64,000 nt of DNA from Candidatus Gottesmanbacteria bacterium (GTDB taxonomy: Bacteria > Patescibacteriota > Microgenomatia > UBA10105 > UBA927): the NCBI GenBank assembly GCA_023245335.1, contig JAHFKK010000001.1:1098053-1162052 (forward strand), written 5' to 3'. The translations under genes and the position numbers were made by a program. How positions within the stretch are numbered: the first letter of the stretch is position 1; each line of letters opens with the position of its first letter. The notes beneath the pieces were generated by a model. It saw only the letters and a list, made by a program, of their open reading frames with translations. It did no database searches and was not told the origin of the DNA. Below are positions 37,301-46,864 of this stretch, piece by piece.

Positions 37301-40300
37301 CCTGTGGGGCCTGCATTTCCTGTTGTCCCCGTAGAACCAGTCGGACCGGCGTTTCCCGTTGATCCCGTACTTCCGGTTGGACCGGAAGAACCTTGAGTTC
37401 CCGTTGACCCAGTACTACCCGTCGGACCACTTGACCCTTGGGCGCCCGTCGCTCCGGTTGATCCTGTAGAACCTGTGGGGCCTGCATTTCCTGTAGCTCC
37501 TGTTGATCCCGTTGGCCCATTATTTCCGGTAGCTCCGGTTGATCCGCTGGGACCATTTACCCCAGCTCCACCGGCTGTTCCGGTAGCTCCGGTTGATCCC
37601 GTTGGGCCAGACGAACCTTGCGTTCCTGTTGCACCCGTTGATCCCGTAGAACCTGTCGGGCCATTGTTTCCTGTTGACCCGGTGGAACCGGTCGGGCCAT
37701 TGTTTCCGGTTGCGCCCGTTACACCTGTTGGGCCACCTGCACCTTGTGTCCCTGTTACACCTGTGGAACCGGTGGGACCGGAAGATCCCTGTGTCCCTGT
37801 TGCACCGGTACTTCCGGTTGTACCGGTGGGACCATTGTTTCCCGTTACACCAGTAGACCCCGTGGGTCCATTGTTTCCTGTAGAACCTGTGGAACCAGTT
37901 GCTCCGTTTGCTCCGGCATTCCCGGCTGTTCCTGTCGCACCAGTTGATCCCGTTGGGCCAGACGAACCTTGCGTTCCTGTTGCACCCGTGGAACCGGTAC
38001 TTCCGGTGGGACCAACGTTTCCTGTTGTTCCAGTTGAACCAGTCGGACCATTGTTTCCAGTTGATCCCGTACTTCCGGTTGGACCGGAAGATCCTTGCGT
38101 CCCTGTTGCTCCTGTGGAACCGGTGGGACCCGATGAACCTTGCGTTCCTGTTGCACCCGTTGATCCCGTAGAACCTGTGGGGCCTGCATTTCCTGTTGTC
38201 CCTGTTGAGCCGGTAGGACCATTGTTGCCGGTTACTCCTGTGCTTCCCGTCGGACCATTGGATCCTTGTGTTCCCGTTGACCCGGTACTACCCGTCGGAC
38301 CACTTGACCCTTGGGCGCCCGTTGCACCTGTGGGACCAGCATTTCCTGTTGTTCCAGTTGAGCCGGTCGGACCATTGTTGCCAGTTGCGCCAGTACTTCC
38401 GGTTGGACCGGAAGATCCTTGCGTCCCTGTTGCTCCTGTGGAACCGGTGGGACCCGATGAACCTTGCGTTCCTGTTGCACCCGTGGAACCGGTTGGACCG
38501 ACGTTACCGGTTATTCCTGTTGATCCTGTCGGACCGTTATTACCTGTCGTTCCTGTAGATCCTGTCGGACCGGAAAAACCTTGAGCTCCTGTTGCTCCAG
38601 TTGATCCCGTTGATCCGGTCGGACCATTGTTTCCTGTTGAACCAGAACTTCCTGTAGGACCGGCATTACCGGTAGTACCTGTTGAACCCGTGGGGCCGGA
38701 TCCACCACCAGCACCTGTCGCGCCAGTTGAACCAGTAGGACCAGAAGATCCTTGGGTACCCGTTGCTCCTGTGGAACCAGTTGTTCCGGTCGGACCAGCG
38801 TTTCCGGTAGCTCCGGTAGAACCGGTCGGACCAGCGTTTCCAGTTGTTCCAGTTGAGCCTGTTGCTCCATTGGCTCCATTTGCGCCGGCAGTCCCGGCAG
38901 TTCCCGTAGCGCCGGTGGAACCGGTGGGACCAGATGAACCTTGAATTCCTGTTGATCCCGTACTTCCTGTCGGACCGTTTGTACCGGTAGTTCCAGTAGA
39001 ACCGGTCGGTCCTGCATTTCCGCTCGGGCCTGTTGCTCCCGTCGGGCCGGCTGCACCGGCTGCACCACCCTGTGATCCGGTCGGTCCTGTTGCCCCAGTA
39101 GGACCACCTTCGCCGGTAACCCCTGTTGATCCAGTACTTCCAGTCGCGCCCGTGGAACCACTCGTCCCTACTCCACCGGTTGCACCGGTGGAACCGGTCG
39201 GACCGCTTACTCCTTGAATACCTGTTGCTCCTGTAGAACCGGTTGGACCGGCATTGCCGGTAGATCCCGTACTACCAGTTGGACCTGAGGAACCTGCAGA
39301 TCCAGTTGCGCCACTTGACCCAGTCGGACCATTATTTCCTGTAGATCCGGTAGAACCGGTCGGACCCGCATTCCCTGTAGGCCCTGTCGATCCGGTTGGT
39401 CCATTCCCACCATTTGCACCTGTTGCACCTGTACTACCAGTTGGACCTGAGGAACCTGCAGATCCAGTTGCGCCACTTGACCCAGTCGGACCGGCGATAC
39501 CTGTTATACCTGTGGCTCCGGTAGGACCACTCGTCCCTATTCCACCGGTTGCACCGGTAGAACCGGTCGGACCGCCGATTCCGGTGGCGCCCGTAACACC
39601 GGTTGATCCTGTAGGTCCAACTATACCTGTCGCTCCTGTTGAACCGGTAGGTCCGTTTGACCCGCCTCCGCCACCCCCGCTACCGGTACCGGTAGCTCCG
39701 GTGGGACCTATGGGACCGAGTTCTCCGGTAGATCCCGCTGTCCCGACACCAGTTGCCCCGGTTGCCCCGTCTACACCAATAGTGCCGTTCGTTCCGTTCG
39801 TCCCATTAGAGCCATTTGCTCCCGCATCTCCTTTCTCTCCCTGGGGGCCACTGACTCCTGTAGCTCCTGTTGCGCCAGTTTCCCCAATACCTCCGAATGT
39901 GCCGCCGGAATAAAGCGTAGCGCTGCCGGTTTGCAATCCTGTGTTGTTCTGCTGTTGAGTCGTATTGAAGTTGTTGACTGTGGTAAATTGCGGGCTAAGT
40001 TGTTGTGTCGCGGTGGGTGAAGAAGTAACTGATGTAGAACCTATCCTAATGATACCTTGTGCATCAAAACGTTGCACGGTCAATCCAATTGTTGGCAAGT
40101 TTGGTGCCAATATCTGAGGTGATGATCCAAAAGAACCCGCATCTGTCGAAACTCCTAATACGCTCGTGTCGTTATTCGATACGACAACCATCTTGAGTGT
40201 TTCACGGCTTATGAGTGTTGAGACGGCATCCAGAGATTGTAAGGTCGGCTGAATAGAAAGCGACAGCATGGCGTTATTGGCACTTCTATCTCCCGTAATG

Positions 40301-40905
40301 CGGCTGTGTTGAATATCAGTTATAGCCGAAAAATTACTAATGAGTTTGTCGCCTGCTACCGTCGCATCTGTATAATGAACCGGAAGTATGGAACCATCCG
40401 GTAATGTTATACCGGCCACGAGATGCTCTAGAATCTTTGCCTGATTTCCTGCCCCTTGTTTTGAGATAAAAAGCGGTATCACACCGTTCGCATCTTCAGA
40501 CACGGTCCCGCTGTCGCCGTTTGCATACTGGAGAGTAATATCACCGATAAACTTGCCATTCTGAAGTAGTGCTTCATGAACAAACGCATACGAATAAGAG
40601 CCATCCGGTAGCTGGACAATAAGGAGAAGCGGTCCGTTCCAATCGCTTTTCATGAGAAGATCACTCGTAAGTTGTGGTATTTCCGGGGTCGTCGGCGGTT
40701 GGGGAGACGTAGTAGTCGTATTTTTCGCTACGTTCAAACCGCGGATGGCCGAATATGTGCCCCACGCCAAAGTTGTCAGAATAGCCCCAACGAGGAAAAT
40801 AAGAAAGTACTGGACAAACCCAGCCTCAGATTGTGCATGACGACTGTTAATATGTGCACTCCATACAGAATGACAAAATCCGCTTGAGGCGGATCTTTGG
40901 TGCAT
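31345..40905 (-). CDS. Giant (~3,190 aa) N-terminally anchored surface protein with ~1,900-residue Thr-rich collagen-like (G-X-Y) repeat region, ~950-aa C-terminal globular region and Pro/Thr/Ser-rich tail
   Basis: Single uninterrupted minus-strand ORF (track 31345..41091; start set at the Met just downstream of the upstream gene stop). N-terminal TM ([21 protein letters not shown]); ~300-aa N domain. Then continuous GXY triplets dominated by [13 protein letters not shown] / GTQGSSG units with no Pro at Y positions. A non-repetitive C-terminal region follows, ending [22 protein letters not shown]...[12 protein letters not shown]. Confidence 0.85.
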   Translation of the reverse strand: MHQRSASSGFCHSVWSAHINSRHAQSEAGFVQYFLIFLVGAILTTLAWGTYSAIRGLNVAKNTTTTSPQPPTTPEIPQLTSDLLMKSDWNGPLLLIVQLPDGSYSYAFVHEALLQNGKFIGDITLQYANGDSGTVSEDANGVIPLFISKQGAGNQAKILEHLVAGITLPDGSILPVHYTDATVAGDKLISNFSAITDIQHSRITGDRSANNAMLSLSIQPTLQSLDAVSTLISRETLKMVVVSNNDTSVLGVSTDAGSFGSSPQILAPNLPTIGLTVQRFDAQGIIRIGSTSVTSSPTATQQLSPQFTTVNNFNTTQQQNNTGLQTGSATLYSGGTFGGIGETGATGATGVSGPQGEKGDAGANGSNGTNGTNGTIGVDGATGATGVGTAGSTGELGPIGPTGATGTGSGGGGGGSNGPTGSTGATGIVGPTGSTGVTGATGIGGPTGSTGATGGIGTSGPTGATGITGIAGPTGSSGATGSAGSSGPTGSTGATGANGGNGPTGSTGPTGNAGPTGSTGSTGNNGPTGSSGATGSAGSSGPTGSTGSTGNAGPTGSTGATGIQGVSGPTGSTGATGGVGTSGSTGATGSTGSTGVTGEGGPTGATGPTGSQGGAAGAAGPTGATGPSGNAGPTGSTGTTGTNGPTGSTGSTGIQGSSGPTGSTGATGTAGTAGANGANGATGSTGTTGNAGPTGSTGATGNAGPTGTTGSTGATGTQGSSGPTGSTGATGAGGGSGPTGSTGTTGNAGPTGSSGSTGNNGPTGSTGSTGATGAQGFSGPTGSTGTTGNNGPTGSTGITGNVGPTGSTGATGTQGSSGPTGSTGATGTQGSSGPTGSTGATGNNGPTGSTGTTGNAGPTGATGAQGSSGPTGSTGSTGTQGSNGPTGSTGVTGNNGPTGSTGTTGNAGPTGSTGSTGATGTQGSSGPTGSTGATGTQGSSGPTGSTGSTGNNGPTGSTGTTGNVGPTGSTGSTGATGTQGSSGPTGSTGATGTAGNAGANGATGSTGSTGNNGPTGSTGVTGNNGPTGTTGSTGATGTQGSSGPTGSTGVTGTQGAGGPTGVTGATGNNGPTGSTGSTGNNGPTGSTGSTGATGTQGSSGPTGSTGATGTAGGAGVNGPSGSTGATGNNGPTGSTGATGNAGPTGSTGSTGATGAQGSSGPTGSTGSTGTQGSSGPTGSTGSTGNAGPTGSTGTTGNAGPTGSTGSTGATGTQGSSGPTGSTGATGAGGGSGPTGSTGSTGNAGPTGSTGPTGNNGPTGTTGSTGSTGTQGSSGPTGSTGATGTQGSSGPTGSTGATGNNGPTGSTGATGNVGPTGSTGSTGATGAQGSSGPTGSTGSTGTQGSNGPTGSTGTTGNNGPTGSTGTTGINGPTGSTGSTGATGTQGSSGPTGSTGATGAGGGSGPTGSTGTTGNAGPTGSTGSTGNNGPTGSTGSTGTTGVQGSSGPTGSTGTTGNAGPTGSTGTTGNNGPTGPTGSTGATGNAGPTGSTGSTGATGAQGSSGPTGSTGSTGTQGSNGPTGSTGTTGNGGPTGSTGATGTQGSSGPTGSTGSTGTGGSSGPTGSTGATGNNGPTGSTGTTGNNGPTGSTGSTGATGTQGSSGPTGSTGATGAGGSSGPTGSTGSTGNNGPTGSTGATGNAGPTGNTGSTGATGTQGSSGPTGSTGSTGTQGSNGPTGSTGSTGNAGPTGSTGSTGNAGPTGSTGSTGATGTQGFSGPTGSTGVTGAAGGSGPTGSTGSTGNVGPTGSTGITGNVGPTGSTGATGTQGSSGPTGSTGSTGNAGPTGSTGATGNNGPTGSTGSTGATGVQGSSGPTGSTGATGTQGSSGPTGSSGATGNAGPTGSTGITGNNGPTGSTGSTGATGIQGSSGPTGSTGATGAGGGSGPTGSTGSTGNNGPTGSTGTTGNNGPSGSTGSTGATGTQGSSGPTGSTGATGTQGAGGPTGTTGTTGNAGPTGSTGVTGNNGPTGSTGSTGATGTQGSSGPTGSTGATGTAGGAGANGANGPTGSTGSTGNNGPTGSTGSTGATGNNGPTGPTGSTGATGAQGSSGPTGSTGATGTQGTSGPTGSTGTTGNAGPTGSTGATGNNGPTGPTGSTGANGTAGSSGPTGSTGSTGTQGSSGPTGSTGATGNAGPTGSTGVTGNAGPTGSTGATGGNGGAGANGPTGVTGTTGNNGPTGPTGPTGQTNGPTGATGSTGDVGAAVTGPTGTTGPTGLQGTTGPIGPTGATGTGGGGGGTLQQAYTTGSAGDQTVLMTGTNGSIIFQDTTGTQFQVTMATSTAPTVDMMNILNTGTSQGAATAGVDGLQIDFANGGSSTVDNAGLRVNLTSNDNTAGRTLEAISIGNVTGQANATEVALKIGTGYDRDIQFTNTAPVIQLADGSALSYQSASGTTLASLKEYFTGEGYGVTESGGFINIDGSFYMDNFNRNVAQATADQTATGRFGDQYGWVFDEGGTLTLGSLSSGSIGCTGNEARSALTNGSMGLLELSPDTQTSSNGTSLTDTGYKGGECRLHMGSGTGAATAAILNIANKWVMYWKVMPSPGFTAMSSIKNMYFGANNYSQGWQYTIPWTQPNSGAIMFFNGDSANATGLGQQWAGNVRMGTASNNQVVQCAGQNIKTNAFALLRIEARATNDIRFFVDNNMSDGISMTYCGNATNANAIPTFNLGPAINVGQAQVGAAGGAVSNGFPWTANVDLFAFVQDDPIQNGASPLVQQGGSQETPAASLRPDPIAGADVAEHYYVNTDADIPDGQVLAISDTTGEATLSAIPYDRKLLGVASADPGLTIGASSSMTWPVALSGRVETRVNGTGGAIKIGDPITSSGVAGVAMKATKPGKILGTAAEAYDPAAPADETKLLVNVNIGYYLGDQQDTALLEQPREVTIAHTADALSELTIATDSGLLAGQATETAQVQQSILDKLADFGQGITVDKMLVSLGQALFKGQVEFLAHVRFHDVVEYLKDVIYSGKVSFRGNVKFNQDAAGYAVIEKGKRFVDITFQSAYDQTPIVNATIVIPALSTDKYHQYMTDGICAPDATLDECHQTVVNTVFTSNVHVAVTGQSTQGFMILLDKDTPVDLTFSWTAIAVDSAKTFTSGQEEATGTVAGSSTVAPTPSPTVNPSVPAPTSIPLGGSVQVSPVPTGSIQPTVTPTPVITDTITPAPTDTPTLSPAPTISPSPAPTSAPSPTP
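34200..39900 (-). repeat. Collagen-like coding repeat array (about 5.7 kb of degenerate 9-nt/45-nt/171-nt periodic GGx-CCx-ACx units)
   Basis: Visible as GGACC/GTTGGACC/CCGGT periodicity on the + strand. Protein-level superunit of about 57 aa ([57 protein letters not shown]). Generates long spurious ORFs in other frames and on the opposite strand. Confidence 0.9.
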
Positions 40906-40928
40906 AGCGGGACGCCATTTTTTGTCTT

Positions 40929-42890
40929 TCACGGCGATCCCCCTCCCACAACCTTTGGACGTACATACAAATAATAAAAAGCACTCGTACCAAGGGTAAG
41001 AACTACAAGTATTATGGCAAAGAGCGAAATGACCGAGGCTGTATTGATCATCACTACCGAACCAATCGGTATGCGCAAACTCAAACTCCAACCTAAATTG
41101 GGCACGATATTATACCCATCTACTCCCATGTGATCATTAAAAACTATGCTTTCGCTGGCATGAGGAGTCGTATCATTCAAATACAAACGCATTGGATCAT
41201 CCTTCGGAAGCTCTTTACCGACCATCGCCATATTGCTACTTATGACGTATTGCCCTTTACGATCAACTATCGTGAACCCTTCGCCTCTCGTTTGATCTGC
41301 TATCTGCTGCACCTCCAAATTAAGTTGATTTATGTCTATAGATCCAGCCAAAACGCCCACAAAATCATTTTTGGTGGAAATAAGCGGCACGGAGACCGTA
41401 ACTACTTGTCGGTGGGAGTTATCAGCAAGGGCCTCAAAAACACCGGATACGTATGGCTTTCTCGTATTCCGGGCAGCGATAAAATAATCACGGAATGATA
41501 AATTGGATTGATCAAACGTCCCATACGGGTACAAGGCGACTCCTTTTCCTTCCGCATCCAGTATGATGATACGGCGAAGATAAGAATGGCTTTCATACAG
41601 CACTTTTGCGTACTTATCGATTGTCGTAAAATCTTTCTTCCCCACGGCAACAACAAGGTCTTGATTTACAGCAGCCGTCGCAAGGACTGCCTGTGCCGTA
41701 TCAAATGCATCCTGCACGAGCCTTTGGGCAATGATCATTTTATTATGCAATTCGACCTGCTTTTGATTCCATAGCGTCTGCTGAAGTTCATACACCGCGA
41801 ATATGGAAGCGAGTATGACGACGCTCACTAAGCCCAAAAAGATATGAAGAATTGTTTTATCACGCCGCGAATCATGCCCACGGATCAACATAGACCATAA
41901 CGGCACAACGAGGCTGAAAAATCCCAAAACGACAAAGTACATAGCCCTGCTCCAATACTCCATGTTGGCGTACCAAAGGGCCGCCACGAAACAAAAACAC
42001 ATAGTTACCCAGGCGCCAATTCGAAACCATACGGAACCCGTCCGATAACCGCGCCAAAAAAGGAACAAATTGGTTCCCGCGACACCGGTGAGCAAGAGAG
42101 CCACTGCATAATTGGGAAGGGAAAATAAGCTGGTGAACATCTGCACATGCCCGACATTGGCGCCCAAAAATAACAGCGTCACTACACCTGTTAAAAGAAG
42201 GTCGAGATACAAAAGATAGGAAATAATACCGTCAACATCAAATATCGCGTTATATAAAACGACAATTCCCATGGTGCCGTATAGGATAGCGCCATCAAAA
42301 TCCTGAACATTTATAAAAGGCATCACGCTGCCAAACGCAAGAAGTGCAAGTAATCCAAAAAATACACTCCGCCACTTCCGCATTCCCTGAAATATGTTAA
42401 TCGTGACAATGCCGGCGCCTATGGCTATGAGGGCAACGCGTGCAGTAATAAGATATGCCGACAACGAGGCGTCACCTGCGGTGTTTGTTAGATTGAACAA
42501 AAACAAACTCGCCCCGGATACGATAGCGCCTAGTCCTACCAACCAATCAAAAATATTTGGTGCGGCTACCAGATTCCAGTCATGCTTTTTAGTCCATCGG
42601 GTAATATGAGAAATTAATGCTGATTGGGATATTTCATTGCCAGCAGACACAGGCGGGGTGCTTGGAGCAACTACGGTTTGGACTTTTCCTGCTGTTTCTA
42701 CCGGCCGCTTTGAGAGGTGTAATATACGAGCAAGTTCTTCTTCCGGGATACGGAATCTCCCCTTCCCCAAACGGACTCCTCTGATGCGCTTTTCTTTGAG
42801 GAACGCATAGATGCTATTGGTAGAATAGCCTAATATATCCGCGACTTCTTTGACAGTATAGTTCTTCGGCATGCTCGGGCAGCTTGTCAT
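40929..42890 (-). CDS. Membrane-bound one-component regulator: N-terminal HTH (excisionase/MerR-like) + polytopic TM region + extracytoplasmic Cache domain + C-terminal TM
   Basis: 653 aa. N-terminus [43 protein letters not shown] (HTH_17-like); about 8 TM helices; a Cache-type sensor block ([58 protein letters not shown]); a final TM. No kinase or other output domain. Confidence 0.6.
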   Translation of the reverse strand: MTSCPSMPKNYTVKEVADILGYSTNSIYAFLKEKRIRGVRLGKGRFRIPEEELARILHLSKRPVETAGKVQTVVAPSTPPVSAGNEISQSALISHITRWTKKHDWNLVAAPNIFDWLVGLGAIVSGASLFLFNLTNTAGDASLSAYLITARVALIAIGAGIVTINIFQGMRKWRSVFFGLLALLAFGSVMPFINVQDFDGAILYGTMGIVVLYNAIFDVDGIISYLLYLDLLLTGVVTLLFLGANVGHVQMFTSLFSLPNYAVALLLTGVAGTNLFLFWRGYRTGSVWFRIGAWVTMCFCFVAALWYANMEYWSRAMYFVVLGFFSLVVPLWSMLIRGHDSRRDKTILHIFLGLVSVVILASIFAVYELQQTLWNQKQVELHNKMIIAQRLVQDAFDTAQAVLATAAVNQDLVVAVGKKDFTTIDKYAKVLYESHSYLRRIIILDAEGKGVALYPYGTFDQSNLSFRDYFIAARNTRKPYVSGVFEALADNSHRQVVTVSVPLISTKNDFVGVLAGSIDINQLNLEVQQIADQTRGEGFTIVDRKGQYVISSNMAMVGKELPKDDPMRLYLNDTTPHASESIVFNDHMGVDGYNIVPNLGWSLSLRIPIGSVVMINTASVISLFAIILVVLTLGTSAFYYLYVRPKVVGGGSP

Positions 42891-42937
42891 ACTCCACCCA
42901 AACTTTGGAGTATTCGGATGCTCTAATTAACAAATTA

Positions 42938-42977
42938 TTACAAGTATTTACCTATCTATTTACAAGTCTTTACCAAT
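42938..42977 (-). promoter_or_regulatory. Tandem motif TTACAAGTATTTACC ... TTTACAAGTCTTTACCAAT upstream of the HTH-Cache gene (shared with 18464..18515)
   Basis: Two copies about 21 bp apart, 50-90 bp upstream of the minus-strand start at 42890. Confidence 0.35.
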
Positions 42978-43053
42978 TCTTATTATTAATTGTGAAACCC
43001 TATAAATACTATGCACTAAGATTTCACGGGTTGTCAAGTCTGCAATTAATCAT

Positions 43054-43145
43054 ATCGTAATCTTATCGTTATGCTGCATATTTACCGCATATACGTGCTA
43101 TATACTTAAGTACCAATAAATTGACGTTTGTGATAAGATTACGAT
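43054..43145. repeat. 14-bp perfect inverted repeat ATCGTAATCTTATC / GATAAGATTACGAT separated by 64 bp, upstream of 43162
   Basis: Read directly in the divergent intergenic region between the regulator gene and the Fic-like gene. Confidence 0.4.
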
Positions 43146-43161
43146 AAGAACTGCTTCACTT

Positions 43162-44103
43162 ATGATTTCTATTTCGTATACCATCACCCCGACTATCACT
43201 GACCATCTGATCGCTATAGACGCACACCGACGAACAATCCTGACAACGCCTCTTTCTCCTCGGAACGAACAACGGCTTCACTGGGATTCGATCATAGGGC
43301 ATATAACCGCTTCTCTCGCCCTCGCAAATACCACCATTCCGAAATCACAGATCGTCACTATACTCACGCACCCTTCCAAACACCCGACGGCCACAGAACA
43401 ATTAGTACTTTCCTATAAACGTGCACTGGACTGGCTGCATGAGGAGTGGTCCGCGAACCCAAAGACGATCACATTTCCGGTGGTCGAGACACTGGCTTCC
43501 ATCGCACTCCCGGCTCATTCTGCCCGCGCGGCTCTCCGAGATGATGAAGAAAATATCCGGCACTTACTGACCTATCTGCAGTCCCAATCAGACCATCCCA
43601 TCCTGGTCGCCGGTCTCGCACATGGTCAAATTGCCTCTTCCTCAAACCGCAATCTATCCAGTGGTCTCATTTGTCGGCTTACCACAGCGCTTATTCTTGC
43701 CAAATACGGGTACGATTGCCGTGGGATGCTTGCTATAGACCCGTTTTGGACCGAAAACCGCGAACGATATGATCGGGCACTCGAAAGCATTAACCGGCTC
43801 GGACAACTCACCGCGTGGCTTGAGTATTTTACGGGTGTCGCACAGGAAGCTTATGACGGTCTTGCCGAGGAAATATCCCATGCGGCCGCTCACCTACCCA
43901 TTTCAACCTGGCTACTCGCACCGAGGGAAGATCAAATCATGCATCGCCTGGATTCCCCGACCAGCCGCATTACCAACCGTGACGTCCAGCGCTCATTCCA
44001 TATCTCCCAGGTAACCGCCAGCCGTGTCCTTACCAGACTCGTTTCCTTGGGACTTTTGTTTGCGCATGGCAAAGGAAGAAGCGTATATTACACGAAAGCC
44101 TAG
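43162..44103 (+). CDS. Fic/DOC-fold-like protein with degenerate active-site motif and C-terminal winged-helix
   Basis: 313 aa. The region AHGQIASSSNRNLSSGLICRLTTALILAKYGYD resembles the Fic core (HPFxDGNGR..R......L...GY) but lacks the canonical motif. C-terminus RVLTRLVSLGLLFAHGKGRSVYY is winged-helix-like. Confidence 0.3.
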   Translation: MISISYTITPTITDHLIAIDAHRRTILTTPLSPRNEQRLHWDSIIGHITASLALANTTIPKSQIVTILTHPSKHPTATEQLVLSYKRALDWLHEEWSANPKTITFPVVETLASIALPAHSARAALRDDEENIRHLLTYLQSQSDHPILVAGLAHGQIASSSNRNLSSGLICRLTTALILAKYGYDCRGMLAIDPFWTENRERYDRALESINRLGQLTAWLEYFTGVAQEAYDGLAEEISHAAAHLPISTWLLAPREDQIMHRLDSPTSRITNRDVQRSFHISQVTASRVLTRLVSLGLLFAHGKGRSVYYTKA

Positions 44104-44124
44104 CGGGGAATCTGAACGGGTACA

Positions 44125-45549
44125 TCAAAAAAGCTTTCGGTATAAATTTATATATTCTTGTACCTGATGGCTCCACGAAAAGTCTTCCTTCATAGCATTT
44201 TTCATCATGGTCGAGAATTTACGAGGTTGTTTTGCATAAACACTTATCGCTTCCTGCATTTTCGTAACCAGCGCTGCAGTCGAATATGGACCAAATACAA
44301 ACCCGGTCAAACCATCTCGTACACTATCAGCTAACCCGCCTGTTTTCCGCACGAGAGGTAGCGTCCCGTAGCGCATCGCGATCATCTGCGTCAATCCGCA
44401 TGGCTCAAATTTACTTGGGACGAGCATAATGTCGCTCCCGGCGTAAATCCGCCGGGCCAGACGCTCATCGAAGGTGTTGACGTACGAAATATTTTCATGC
44501 ATCTCGGAAAGCTTCTGAAACTCCCCTACTAATTTCTTCTGCCCGGTACCCAAAAGTACGATCTGGTACGTTTCCGGCGGCAATGTTTTGACTGCACGCG
44601 CGATGAGATCAAGCCCTTTTTGCCTTGATTCAAAGCGCCCCACGAAGCCAAAAAGCGGCACGTTGACCTGCGGAAGACGTACGGCCGATTGCAACTGCTC
44701 TTTTATCTTCTGTTTGGCAGAAACAACGGTCGCATGGGTATACTGCACCGGTAGTGCCGCATCATCACTGGGACTCCAGAGATTCGTATCTATACCGTTT
44801 AAAATTCCGACAATCTTGTCACCCCTCCGATGAAATACTTCGCGTACGCGCTTGCCATGCATGCCTTTCATGATTTCCTGAGCGTACGTCGGTGATACTG
44901 TGGTCACCATATCGGCATATTCAAACCCTTCGGTAAGCAACCGCACCGCCCTTCCGAGAGGCGTCATGAAGGCATGAAAGAGTGTTTTGGGGAATCCGAG
45001 CTTCAGCGTGATACTGCTCCCCGCCTCCCCCTGATAGAGAAGGTTGTGAACAGTGAGTATAGTCCTGGTCGTTCGGGATTCTATGGTCTCCCGTTCGCGA
45101 TACCCGACTTTACTGGCCTCTCCGAGAAGTAATGGGACGAGAGCCGTATGCCAATCATTACAGTGGACTATGTCATACGGGCCGCCAAGAAGACCTGATG
45201 AATACAGGTATAACTGGGCGACCGCCTTCGCAAAAAACCCAAACCTTTCTACGATATCCGGACCATCATATTCGTGAAGGAGCGGATGCCGAAAAAGGTA
45301 TACCGGCACGTCTGTTCCGGGTAACCTCGTCTCAAAAATAAACATGAGCTCCCGTCTGCGGTCATAATCTATGGCCAGCTGGCCGATGCAACTCACAGAA
45401 TGCCCTTTGATGCTTTGGTAATACGGCATCGCGATTGCCACATGGATCCCGCGCTTCTCAAGGGCTACGGGCAAACTATAACTCACATCCGCAAGTCCCC
45501 CTCGTTTATACAGTCCGGCAACTTCGCTGGTGACAAATAATACCTTCAT
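44125..45549 (-). CDS. glgA: Glycogen/starch synthase-like GT5 glycosyltransferase
   Basis: 474 aa. N-terminus MKVLFVTSEVAGLYKRGGLADVSYSLPVALEKRGIHVAIAMPYY matches the GlgA K-x-G-G-L motif region. Confidence 0.7.
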   Translation of the reverse strand: MKVLFVTSEVAGLYKRGGLADVSYSLPVALEKRGIHVAIAMPYYQSIKGHSVSCIGQLAIDYDRRRELMFIFETRLPGTDVPVYLFRHPLLHEYDGPDIVERFGFFAKAVAQLYLYSSGLLGGPYDIVHCNDWHTALVPLLLGEASKVGYRERETIESRTTRTILTVHNLLYQGEAGSSITLKLGFPKTLFHAFMTPLGRAVRLLTEGFEYADMVTTVSPTYAQEIMKGMHGKRVREVFHRRGDKIVGILNGIDTNLWSPSDDAALPVQYTHATVVSAKQKIKEQLQSAVRLPQVNVPLFGFVGRFESRQKGLDLIARAVKTLPPETYQIVLLGTGQKKLVGEFQKLSEMHENISYVNTFDERLARRIYAGSDIMLVPSKFEPCGLTQMIAMRYGTLPLVRKTGGLADSVRDGLTGFVFGPYSTAALVTKMQEAISVYAKQPRKFSTMMKNAMKEDFSWSHQVQEYINLYRKLF

Positions 45550-45576
45550 ACTTCAATACATTAAATATTTAGAGTA

Positions 45577-46713
45577 TCAATCAATAACTTTATGATATAT
45601 CTTCTCATATCCCACAGCCATTTTGCTCAAAGAAAAATTTTTCTCGATATACTTCCTGCACGCAGACCTGTCTATCTCATCTATCCGATTAACAGCCTCT
45701 ATTAATCCTGCTATTCCTCGTTTTTTGATACGGTTATGAGTAGTATTGATACTCATATTGTCAGGTTCTACAATATATCCGTTCAAACCATCTCTTACTA
45801 TCTCAGAAACACTCCCTCTATCATATGCTATGACAGGTGTGCCGCACGCCATGGCCTCTATCATTACCAAACCGAATGGCTCTTCCCATTGGATTGGAAA
45901 AAGGAGTGCTTTCGCAGTCTGGTAATGGCCCACCAAATGCTCCTGTTTCACCACAGACTCCCATAACACCGTTTTGCCGTCGATAGAAGGTTTAATTTCT
46001 TTTTCAAAGTAATCGCGGCTCACTTTTTTGGCTTCATACTCCTGACCCACGATAAGAAGACGGATTTTGGTCGTGTGAGCAACAACTATTGCATCGGTAA
46101 ACCCCTTCTCCGGTACGATCCTACCGGTCATGAGAAGCGGGCGTTTACGCAAATTCATGGCTCCATCCGGCTGAAACAATGTGGTGTCAACCCCGTTTGG
46201 TACTACTCCGGCAAATGGAAACGGCACACCGGACTGCTGAGATTTGGATAACGACACCAAATGGATGTTCCCGAGCTCCATAACCTTCTCGAGCGACGGA
46301 AAACGTTCCGGCCGGATAGGATCATGAAATGTAATGATAACCGGAAATTTAGGCGGAAGCGCTGCAAGAGCCGGATAAAGCCGCTCTACCGGCTGATGGA
46401 TGTGGATACAATCAAGAGTACCTGCTTTTGCCTGTTTGATGACTTCACGGAACAACAGCAATTCCTGCGCTATCACAAACGATTTGTATGCCTCGGAATC
46501 AGTATATGTAGGCGCGACGAGCACAGTCGGCGAAATTCCCGCATGGACGAGCTTCGCATTTGTTTTACTTCCCTTCGCGGCAAAAAGCGTGACGTTATGT
46601 CCCATACCAACCAAACTGTTAGTGAGTTCTCTCACGAGTATCCATGGCGCCAGAATATTATTCTCTGTCGGCGGTACCGCGTGCGACGGTGATATATAAA
46701 GTCCTATACGCAT
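45577..46713 (-). CDS. GT4 family glycosyltransferase (paralog 1)
   Basis: 378 aa; C-terminal EPFGLVMIEAMACGTPVIAY..GSVSEIVRDGLNGYIV (GT4 E-x7-E motif region). Confidence 0.8.
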   Translation of the reverse strand: MRIGLYISPSHAVPPTENNILAPWILVRELTNSLVGMGHNVTLFAAKGSKTNAKLVHAGISPTVLVAPTYTDSEAYKSFVIAQELLLFREVIKQAKAGTLDCIHIHQPVERLYPALAALPPKFPVIITFHDPIRPERFPSLEKVMELGNIHLVSLSKSQQSGVPFPFAGVVPNGVDTTLFQPDGAMNLRKRPLLMTGRIVPEKGFTDAIVVAHTTKIRLLIVGQEYEAKKVSRDYFEKEIKPSIDGKTVLWESVVKQEHLVGHYQTAKALLFPIQWEEPFGLVMIEAMACGTPVIAYDRGSVSEIVRDGLNGYIVEPDNMSINTTHNRIKKRGIAGLIEAVNRIDEIDRSACRKYIEKNFSLSKMAVGYEKIYHKVID

Positions 46714-46864
46714 AGACTATTCAGGCGCGGAGAGGATACGAAATTTTCGCAAATCGCTTCCCGAGCTCTAGAACAATACAAATATCAAATGACTGGCAAT
46801 CAGCAAGACGAATAATTCCTGGGAAATCTCGCGGGCAGCGGAGTAAGAAAATTTCGCACCGACC

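Noticed and set aside
40652-40887. Small + strand ORFs at the fibre gene N-terminus, and the extended N-terminus of the fibre ORF itself (40906..41091)
   Set aside because: The extension overlaps the upstream regulator gene's 3' end. The Met at 40905 gives a non-overlapping start followed by a plausible signal anchor.
43162-44103. Calling the protein a functional Fic AMPylase
   Set aside because: The canonical HPFx(D/E)GNGR motif is absent; only a fold-level resemblance is argued.
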